NCBI GenBank assembly: GCA_043818535.1
Contig: JBDRFS010000033.1
Span: 1-51,504 of the forward strand
Direction of reading: 5' to 3'
Source: Candidatus Woesearchaeota archaeon
Lineage (GTDB): Archaea > Nanobdellota > Nanobdellia > SCGC-AAA011-G17 > GW2011-AR17
DNA length: 51,504 nucleotides
Shown: in pieces, positions 45,010-51,504 of the stretch
Layout: every line of letters begins with the position of its first letter
How positions within the stretch are numbered: position 1 is the stretch's first letter
Program-made: the position numbers and the translations under genes
Notes under the pieces: generated by a model
The model's database searches: none
What the model was told of the DNA's origin: nothing
Seen by the model: only the letters and a program-made list of their open reading frames with translations

Positions 45010-46515
45010 TTATACGTATTTCACTCCCCTTAAAAACCCCAAGTCATGGCTGAACAATTGCCTTATGTCTTTTATCCCTAACTTGAACATTGCAATCCTG
45101 TCTATGCCGATGCCCCATGCCACAACAGGGACATTCACCCCTAAAGGCTTTGTCATTTCCGGCCTGAATATTCCTGAGCCAGCCAATTCAATCCATCCCA
45201 TCTCCGGGTGCTTGGCAAAGAGCTCAGCTGAAGGCTCTGTGAATGGGAAATACGCAGGCTTGATTTTTATTTGGTCGGTCTGGGCAAACTCTTCTGCAAA
45301 CATCTTTAGCAAAGCCTTCAAGTGCCCAAAATTTAATCCTTCTTCAACTACAATGCCTTCTGTCTGGAAAAAGTCGCAGTTATGGGTGGCGTCAACAACG
45401 TCATAGCGGAAGCAGCGTGCTATGGCGAAGTACTTTCCAGGAACCTTTAATCCCTTTGAAGCCAGCATCCTCGCAGAGCACGCAGTTGTCTGTGTCCTTA
45501 ACAGGTTCCTTAATGTCCGTTTTTCATCAAACTTGTACTGCCAGCCCTTGCTTCCGGTGTTGAAGCCGTTCTCATGGGCTGCCTTGACTTTCTGGATGAG
45601 CTTTGCATCAACTTTGCCGTACTTTGGGTCCTTTACATAATAGGCGTCATGGATGTCCCTTGCAGAATGGAACTGCGGCATGAACAATGCGTCCATGTCC
45701 CAGAAGTCAGTCTCCACTATTGGCCCCCGCATCTCTGTAAAGCCCATTGCCAGCAATTTCACCCTTACTTCTTCCAGGAAATTGCGGTAATGCTGCTTCC
45801 TTCCTCCGAAGACCTTTGGGACATTTATCCTTATGTCATAAGCCCTGAAGCTTTTGCCCTTCCAGGACTTCTCCTTTAGTATTCCTTGAGTGAGCGTGTC
45901 TATGATATCTTTTGCATCAAACTTCATTAAGCAGAGCTTTTTGCCAAGCTCTGTAAGCCCTATGCTCCTTGTCTTCACAATGTCTGTCTTTATTATCCCT
46001 TTCCTTAGCTTCAGCTCCCTGTAGGCAAAGACCTGCTCTGGGGAAAGGCTTTCCACCTTTAATGGCAGGCTTTTCAGCAGCTGCTCTTCCAATGTGCCCT
46101 TTTCCAGCATCTTTTTCCCCTGGCCTGTTATTGAGAACATTAATTCCTTGCCTTTCTTTATTGTTATCGCAATCCTTTTTCTCAGTATTCCAATGCTTAT
46201 GTTGAGCTCTTCCTTTGATATGTCTATCTTTGAAATTGGGGTGTCTTTCCCTACCTGCTTTAGGAACCTTATCTCCGGCAATCCCTCATTGATGTATTTT
46301 TCACCATTCTTGTCTAAGGCTATCGCCTCTACAGTGCTCTGGGTTATGTTAAGCACTTCCTTGTTCTCCAGCCACTGCAATGCCCTCATAGCCTCAACTT
46401 CCTTCATGCCTGAAAGCTTTACCAGCTCCTTTAATGTTGCGCCTTCTCTAAGGAATGGAAGAATCTTCCGTTCTAAAGGGTGAAGTGTTTTCAGCACTGA
46501 TTCCGCGCTTGCCAT
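45010..46515 (-). CDS. pheS: Phenylalanyl-tRNA synthetase alpha subunit
   Basis: Archaeal/eukaryal-type N-terminal wHTH repeats, class II motifs (FRYD..D.TH, GWIELAGSGIFRPE, AWGIGIDRIAMF). Confidence 0.92.
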   Translation of the reverse strand: MASAESVLKTLHPLERKILPFLREGATLKELVKLSGMKEVEAMRALQWLENKEVLNITQSTVEAIALDKNGEKYINEGLPEIRFLKQVGKDTPISKIDISKEELNISIGILRKRIAITIKKGKELMFSITGQGKKMLEKGTLEEQLLKSLPLKVESLSPEQVFAYRELKLRKGIIKTDIVKTRSIGLTELGKKLCLMKFDAKDIIDTLTQGILKEKSWKGKSFRAYDIRINVPKVFGGRKQHYRNFLEEVRVKLLAMGFTEMRGPIVETDFWDMDALFMPQFHSARDIHDAYYVKDPKYGKVDAKLIQKVKAAHENGFNTGSKGWQYKFDEKRTLRNLLRTQTTACSARMLASKGLKVPGKYFAIARCFRYDVVDATHNCDFFQTEGIVVEEGLNFGHLKALLKMFAEEFAQTDQIKIKPAYFPFTEPSAELFAKHPEMGWIELAGSGIFRPEMTKPLGVNVPVVAWGIGIDRIAMFKLGIKDIRQLFSHDLGFLRGVKYV

Positions 46516-46566
46516 AAGATTACCTTATCTCATTGTTTACTTTTATACTTTTCGGTAAATTTATTG

Positions 46567-46633
46567 GCGGCCCGCCATGCTGCTTTTGTATGTTAAGAAG
46601 GCTTTGCAATCGGGAGAGAACTCTGGCTGCTGA
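46567..46633. repeat. Face-to-face pair of interspersed elements (plus 46567-46606, minus 46598-46633)
   Basis: The plus copy reads ggcggcccgccatgctgcttttgtatgttaagaaggcttt. The reverse complement of the minus copy reads tcagcagccagagttctctcccgattgcaaagcctt. Confidence 0.55.
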
Positions 46634-46690
46634 TGGCAGCATTAAAATCCGATAAGTATTTATATTACAAATTTCCCACTAATAACCAGA

Positions 46691-47431
46691 ATGAGGAATG
46701 CAATCGCCGTTTTGCTTGTAATTGTAGTGCTGTTCTTGTCAGGATGCACAACAATTGAGACAGCCCCTACTTCGGAAGCTGAACAGCCAACTGCCCCTGT
46801 TGAAGAGGTAGCTGATGAAGCAGAGGAAGTTATTGAAGAGGTAGAAGAGGCAGAGGAGGCTATTGAAGAGGTTGAAGAGGCAGCTGAATCTGAAGAGGCA
46901 GAGGAAGCCTTGGAAGAAGAGCCTGAAGAGGTGGAAGAAGAAGGCATCTATAATGTAAAGAAAGGCGACATAGTGGAGTTTGACGGCAAGACAATTGAGT
47001 TTACAGCTGCTTCAAGGAGCAATGGGCTTTACTTTAATGTTGATGGCTACAGGAGCAATGTCCAGGAGACTTCAAAGCATGAGATTGTACAGGGAATAAA
47101 GGTCACGTATGTGTCGGCCACGGATTTCATGAAAGACCAGACATTGAAAGTGAAGATTGAGAAATTAAAACTCGCAGAAAACGAGTATCTTGTTGAGCAG
47201 AATTCAAATAAAAATATTGAGGGAGTTATATTCCTGCTTGACCAGATAAACCTTGACTCGAATTCCAAGAAGGAAAGGGCTTACATAAGCTTCCCCTTGA
47301 GCAAGGGAGTCAAGGAGATAACAATGAGAACTGGCGAAACAGTTGAGAGGGCCAACCTTAGCATTACGATGGAAGCAGGCTACTACAAGGCTGGCAACCT
47401 TTATGGCATATTTAAGGTAGTTCCGGCCTGA
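46691..47431 (+). CDS. Lipoprotein-like secreted protein with poly-acidic (E/A/V) linker
   Basis: The signal/lipobox is VVLFLSGC. There is a roughly 55-aa EEV/EEA repeat region followed by a beta-rich C-terminal domain. Confidence 0.55.
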   Translation: MRNAIAVLLVIVVLFLSGCTTIETAPTSEAEQPTAPVEEVADEAEEVIEEVEEAEEAIEEVEEAAESEEAEEALEEEPEEVEEEGIYNVKKGDIVEFDGKTIEFTAASRSNGLYFNVDGYRSNVQETSKHEIVQGIKVTYVSATDFMKDQTLKVKIEKLKLAENEYLVEQNSNKNIEGVIFLLDQINLDSNSKKERAYISFPLSKGVKEITMRTGETVERANLSITMEAGYYKAGNLYGIFKVVPA

Positions 47432-47925
47432 TGAAAAAAGACAATTCTCCCCAGGGCTATATTGATGAGGATATCAAAACACTTCTTGAAAAGATAAATT
47501 CTCATCCGGAATACGAGACAACAAGCTCTTGTTCGGGAAGGATAGTTTTGCTTAACTCTCAGAGGAAAGGGGAAAGCAAATGGCTCTTTAAGTCACATGC
47601 TCCTGTTAAGGCTGAAGATATAATTGAGGCATTGGAAGGAAGGGCCTGGTTCATGCAGGAGCCTATTATACTTCATGTAAGGTGTAAAACCCTTGATGCT
47701 GCTGAAAAGCTCCTTTCAATAGCTAATTCTCTTGGGCTTAAGAAGTCCGGGATAACTTCTGTTAAGGGGATAATGGTTGAGGTCAAGGGAACTGAGCGGA
47801 TAGAGACAGTTCTTGAGAAAGGAATGGTTAGTGAAGAGTATATTCGGCTATTGGTTGAGGAAGCCAATGGGAAGCTTTTGAAGGCCAAGGAAAAGATCAA
47901 GAAGCTGGAAGAGGCTTTTTCTTAG
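47431..47925 (+). CDS. taw3: tRNA wybutosine/wyosine biosynthesis methyltransferase Taw3 (TYW3 family)
   Basis: YIDEDIKTLLEKINSHPEYETTSSCSGRIVLL contains the TYW3 hallmark T-x-S-S-C-S-G-R. The 164-aa size fits. Confidence 0.8.
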   Translation: MKKDNSPQGYIDEDIKTLLEKINSHPEYETTSSCSGRIVLLNSQRKGESKWLFKSHAPVKAEDIIEALEGRAWFMQEPIILHVRCKTLDAAEKLLSIANSLGLKKSGITSVKGIMVEVKGTERIETVLEKGMVSEEYIRLLVEEANGKLLKAKEKIKKLEEAFS

Positions 47926-48671
47926 ATGTGCTTGCTGTAATGTATTTCTGGCAGAAGAATTTGCTCTATGGTGGTTGGAGGATTCTTTATTACTTTGACA
48001 ACATCCATATCCTTTATCATGCTGGTGTAATTATAGCCTAAGATATAAGGGCTTTGCCCCATCACTGACCATGTTGGATATAAATAAAAAGCTTCACATA
48101 TATTGTTTCTCAAGATATCAAAGGGAACTTCATTCCCACCATGTACTAATTCTGATAAGCTTTCTTTATAGAAATCTTCCTTTTTCTTTCCTGCTTTTTG
48201 GATGTCTTCCCTGTCTGACTTGGTGCAGACTTCTAAGGCTATGTGATTTGCAATGCCTTCTTTGAATATGTTCTGTATGCAAAGCTTTTGAAGAGCCTCT
48301 TCTAGTTCTTTTTCTTCCATCTTATAAATTCTCTCTTTAAATTCTTTTTCTTGCAGCCCTTTGAGATCTACTACTTTAGGGAAAATATTCGGATTTAGGT
48401 GCTTTGTAAGGGCGTGGCCTAATTCGTGAAGGAAACTACAACATCTCAAACCACTATCTTTTGGAGTAGCGTGAGGATAAACATATATTCTGTTTCTATG
48501 AGCATTATATGCCATTATAGGATTTATATTAAGAGCTTCAATAATCTCTACAGGAGTTTGTAACTCTTCTTCACATTTGGCAGCATCGCAAAGCTCAGGC
48601 TTTTCAAAATCTACAGCATAGTTCTGCCTTACTAAGTTATAGCAATAATCCAATTCATCTTCTGATTCCAT
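47922..48671 (-). CDS. Hypothetical protein with HExxH motif (putative metallopeptidase)
   Basis: 249 aa. CCSFLHELGHALTKH is the only recognisable motif. Confidence 0.45.
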   Translation of the reverse strand: MESEDELDYCYNLVRQNYAVDFEKPELCDAAKCEEELQTPVEIIEALNINPIMAYNAHRNRIYVYPHATPKDSGLRCCSFLHELGHALTKHLNPNIFPKVVDLKGLQEKEFKERIYKMEEKELEEALQKLCIQNIFKEGIANHIALEVCTKSDREDIQKAGKKKEDFYKESLSELVHGGNEVPFDILRNNICEAFYLYPTWSVMGQSPYILGYNYTSMIKDMDVVKVIKNPPTTIEQILLPEIHYSKHI

Positions 48672-48777
48672 AACGGCTAAGAAGCTGATAAGAGCTATAT
48701 AAAGCTTTTTACCCGTCTGAGTGTGTTTTCGCCCAAGTATTTCTTAAGAACACCAAACAGAACCCACAACCCGGCTG

Positions 48778-49977
48778 CTAACCTTTAACATCTTCCCTGA
48801 CAACAGTCATAGGAAGCGTGCTCTTGCCAGGCCAAATCATCCTTCCGGGATAGAAGGCTGTCTTTATTCCCGTCTTTGCATTGTCTGCAATTACCGCCCC
48901 AAACTTCCTCCTTCCAGTGGACTTGATGCCATCCTTGCTCATCGCCTTCACATGAGAATTATCATGCTTGAGGTTTGCAGTAATGGTTCCAGCACCTATG
49001 TTGACGCCTTCGCCTAAAATAGAATCCGCAATGTAAGACAGATGGCCGACTTTTGTGTTGTCCATTAATATTGAATTCTTTACAGTGACAAAATTTCCAA
49101 CTGTGCAGTTGTCGCCGATGGAAGACCCTGGCCTGATGTAAGCGCTTGGGCCAATAGTGCAGTTCCTGCCAATGATGCAGTTGCCTTCAATGTAAGTGCC
49201 GGCCTTTACTATGGTGCCTGCGCCTATGTGGACATTCCCCTTGATTGTTGCCCCTTCCTCCACTTCCCCTTCAATCTTGCTGTAAGATAGTTCATCAGTG
49301 ACCACTTCATTTGCATTCAGCAAGTCCCAGGGGTAGCCTGTCGGGAGCCAGTAGCTTTCCATTATTATGCCTTTCACCTTTATGTCCTTGCATAACATCC
49401 TCAATACATCAGGAATGTAATACTCTTTCTGGCCTTCTGCCTTAGTCATCGGATAATCAAATATCCTCTTGTCGAACATGAATCCGCCTATAGAGGCTAG
49501 ATTGCCAATGTGCTCCTTTGGCTTCTCCACTATGTCTGTGAGGTATCCTTCTTCATCTAAGGTAGCAATGCCGAACCTTTCAGGAGCATCTGTCTCCATA
49601 AGGAGCATTGCATAATCATGCTCAAGGACCTTCTTCAAGTCAGTGGCTGTAATAATGTCATCTCCATAATGCACAATAAACCTGTCTTTCAGGAGACCCT
49701 TTGCAAGAGACAATGCGTGCATAGTGCCTTTGGCCTCATCCTGCACAACATAGGTAATCTTCATGCCTTTGAACTCATTACCAAACTTGGCTGTAATAAG
49801 CTCTTTCTTGTAGCCAACTACAAGTATTGTCTCTTCAACACCGCACTCAAAAAGGGCTTCCAGGAGATGCTCTAGTATGAACCTGTTGCCCACTTTAAGC
49901 AATCCCTTGTGCTTTGTGAGGGTTAAAGGATGTGTCCTTGTAGACTCCCCTGCAGCCAGTATTACAGCCTGAACCAT
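48778..49977 (-). CDS. Bifunctional sugar-1-phosphate nucleotidylyltransferase / left-handed beta-helix acetyltransferase (archaeal GlmU-like)
   Basis: The N-terminal MVQAVILAAGESTRTHPLT (G-x-G-T-R-like NTP-transferase loop) and C-terminal hexapeptide repeats (IGRNCTIGPSAYI, IGDNCTVGNFV, LGEGVNIGAGT). Confidence 0.75.
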   Translation of the reverse strand: MVQAVILAAGESTRTHPLTLTKHKGLLKVGNRFILEHLLEALFECGVEETILVVGYKKELITAKFGNEFKGMKITYVVQDEAKGTMHALSLAKGLLKDRFIVHYGDDIITATDLKKVLEHDYAMLLMETDAPERFGIATLDEEGYLTDIVEKPKEHIGNLASIGGFMFDKRIFDYPMTKAEGQKEYYIPDVLRMLCKDIKVKGIIMESYWLPTGYPWDLLNANEVVTDELSYSKIEGEVEEGATIKGNVHIGAGTIVKAGTYIEGNCIIGRNCTIGPSAYIRPGSSIGDNCTVGNFVTVKNSILMDNTKVGHLSYIADSILGEGVNIGAGTITANLKHDNSHVKAMSKDGIKSTGRRKFGAVIADNAKTGIKTAFYPGRMIWPGKSTLPMTVVREDVKG

Positions 49978-50077
49978 CTTAACTCGTGTTATCTTTAGTT
50001 CATTTATAATACTTATGGAGATTTAAGACAGTAAATTACTGGCTGCTTCTTAAAAAATAGGTGCCTGCCAAGCATCG

Positions 50078-50155
50078 TCTTGGTAGCAATATTAGCAAAA
50101 ACTTCCACGCTTGCAGAGCCAAAAATGCAGGCTGCTGATTTTTATGCTTTATCAG
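50078..50155 (-). repeat. Long-form interspersed element, copy C (core 50100-50137)
   Basis: aacttccacgcttgcagagccaaaaatgcaggctgctg followed by atttttatgctttatcag (compare ttttacgctttatcaag in copy A). It lies 75-125 nt upstream of the gene at 50221. Confidence 0.7.
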
Positions 50156-50220
50156 CACCACAATTATCCTAGAAAAAATGCGGAAATTATATATATGGCA
50201 GAACACTATTAATAAGTATC

Positions 50221-50898
50221 ATGGAGAAACGTGTAACAATAACCATTGTAACGCTATTATTGGTCTTTCTTGTCACTGCAGGCATACTGATACAGCTTTC
50301 AGATGGCGGGATGATTTCGCTAACAGGGAAAAGCATATTCTCAGACCTCTTTGCCAAATTAATAGGCAAGGATCCCAAGGCAGAGAAAGTAAAGACTCCT
50401 ACTGGACTTCAAGAGGGTGTAATCCCTTCAGAGACTGACCTTGAGGGCAGGGAAATACCCGCACCTCCAAAAATGGAAGCTGAGGTTGAGTTAGGCTCTA
50501 CACCGGGAGCTGAAGAGATGAAAGAGTTGGAGGCTGACATTTCAGAAATACGTGGCCCAATGTGCAAGGATAGCGATAGGGGCAAGTTCTATTTCGACCG
50601 AGGCGCAGTAACTGACTTCAGCCCTTTATACGATTCTACCTGCAGGGAAGCGATGATTCAATGCTTTGACCTCTGCAATCATGATCCAACCGCTTGTGCC
50701 ATGTGCATAAGGCTTTTTCCTGACTGGTGCATGCCTTATACTGTGATAGACTTCTGCCCGGGGCAGACTAGCACTACTATCCCGATCCAATTGATAGAGT
50801 TTTATTGCAATCACGACAAGATTGATTATGTTTTCTATGTTTGCCCGGAGGCTTGCTGGAATGGGGAATGCGTGAGCTTGGATGAGCTGACCGGGTGA
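50221..50898 (+). CDS. Membrane-anchored Cys-rich secreted protein (hypothetical)
   Basis: The N-terminal anchor is VTITIVTLLLVFLVTAGILI. There is an acidic linker, and the C-terminal domain has about 12 Cys. Confidence 0.55.
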   Translation: MEKRVTITIVTLLLVFLVTAGILIQLSDGGMISLTGKSIFSDLFAKLIGKDPKAEKVKTPTGLQEGVIPSETDLEGREIPAPPKMEAEVELGSTPGAEEMKELEADISEIRGPMCKDSDRGKFYFDRGAVTDFSPLYDSTCREAMIQCFDLCNHDPTACAMCIRLFPDWCMPYTVIDFCPGQTSTTIPIQLIEFYCNHDKIDYVFYVCPEACWNGECVSLDELTG

Positions 50899-50979
50899 AG
50901 TTGGAAGCCTGGTTTTTTGGTGGAATATCCTTGTTGATTAATTCTTAGTTTTTTGGTATGTTATTCTGAAGAGATGGTT

Positions 50980-51145
50980 TAGTTAGAAGCCTGTGTTGTT
51001 TTGTGTTGACTGTGTGGAAGTGTTTTTGGGTTTCCAACCACCTATATAAAGCATTTGCTTTCCGGTTCTTTGGAAGCCAGCAGCTTTTGTAACCTTGGGC
51101 CGTTAAGGCTTTCCTTTGGAACAGAAGAAGCAGGACAGGCTGCTA
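50980..51145. repeat. Cluster of interspersed elements (plus 50980-51022, plus 51072-51112, minus 51105-51145)
   Basis: The strings are tagttagaagcctgtgttgttttgtgttgactgtgtggaagtg and ggaagccagcagcttttgtaaccttgggccgttaaggcttt. The reverse complement of the third reads tagcagcctgtcctgcttcttctgttccaaaggaaagcctt. Confidence 0.55.
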
Positions 51146-51207
51146 AAAAAGTTCTAAAAGAAATGAATAAAGCTATCAGCTATAAACAAATTTTAGAGGC
51201 GTTAAAA

Positions 51208-51504
51208 TTAAACAATATTCCAAAGCCATTTAAAATATTCTAGATAAGATTCAGAAGTTTCTTTGCTTTTTATTAGAATTATAATAGGCTTTGTTTCAAT
51301 TGTTGGAGTTATTGGAATAATAGCTACTTTGCCTGAATAAACAAGAATGGACATTAGGTTTCGTATAGATTTAGGTAAAAATTTAATTTTTATATTTTTA
51401 TAAGAAATAAGTTTTGAGAATTGTATTCTAGCTAGTTTTGTATCTACTGCTAGAATTTTATATTCTATCTTGTTTTTATTAATATCGTCATAAAAATGAT
51501 AAAC
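51208..51504 (-). CDS. 3' part of a gene truncated by the window edge (hypothetical, AT-rich)
   Basis: There are 98 stop-free codons on the minus strand (…YDDINKNKIEYKILAVDTKLARIQFSKL…GKVAIIPITPTIETKPIIILIKSKETSESYLEYFKWLWNIV*) in DNA that looks only about 25 percent GC. A stop-free run this long is unlikely by chance there. It is not in the ORF track because the start lies outside the window. Confidence 0.4.
   Translation of the reverse strand, partial: VYHFYDDINKNKIEYKILAVDTKLARIQFSKLISYKNIKIKFLPKSIRNLMSILVYSGKVAIIPITPTIETKPIIILIKSKETSESYLEYFKWLWNIV

Noticed and set aside
46790-46940. Regularly repeated gaagag/gcagag units that look array-like (a CRISPR or microsatellite suspicion).
   Set aside because: The units are 9-21 nt, imperfect and in-frame, encoding the EEV/EEA acidic linker of 46691..47431. 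There are no spacers and no cas genes anywhere in the window.
51055-51243. 62-aa plus-strand ORF near the window end.
   Set aside because: It starts at a TTG and its first half reads through two interspersed-repeat copies (51072-51145). Its 3' end overlaps the better-supported minus-strand partial gene.

Overview
Archaeal chromosomal window. This is supported by an archaeal-type 16S, BRE/TATA promoters, P0/L12 stalk proteins, a two-subunit PheRS and bulge-helix-bulge tRNA introns. A small-genome DPANN-like lineage is my inference, not a computed placement. From left to right the window contains the following. (1) A 16S - tRNA-Ala(intron) - 23S operon with long processing helices and no 5S in the window. 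(2) A tandem segmental duplication carrying an orphan copy of the last ~150 nt of 23S plus two paralogous secreted-protein genes. (3) An accessory stretch (about 7.9-13.3 kb) with three toxin-antitoxin-like pairs (HEPN/MNT, DUF4258/DUF2283-like, TumE/TumA-like), an extra NTase-fold gene and a lipoprotein-like HExxH protease. (4) Bacterial-type mutS-mutL. (5) Housekeeping genes: NnrE, AsnRS, Rad50, YrdC/TsaC-like, SRP54, L1-P0-L12, AOR, PheRS alpha/beta, Taw3 and a GlmU-like gene. (6) An intron-containing tRNA-Pro. (7) Several bacterial-style signalling genes unusual for an archaeon: a GGDEF cyclase, a SpoT-type HD hydrolase, a CheD-like protein and NADAR. (8) A five-gene minus-strand copper/thiol cluster: VKOR, a membrane wHTH regulator, an HMA/TauE-like/cupredoxin fusion with a (CGGG)n tail, a CxxCH mini-protein and CopA. 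The most unusual non-coding signal is a ~40-90 nt interspersed element (core TAGCAGCCTGCAnTGCTTTCTTTTG...AAGAAAGCC). It occurs in most intergenic regions, and with one exception its GCAGCC end faces the adjacent gene. I recognised no CRISPR array, integrase or transposase. All RNA ends, motif positions, repeat coordinates and identity counts were derived by eye and are approximate.
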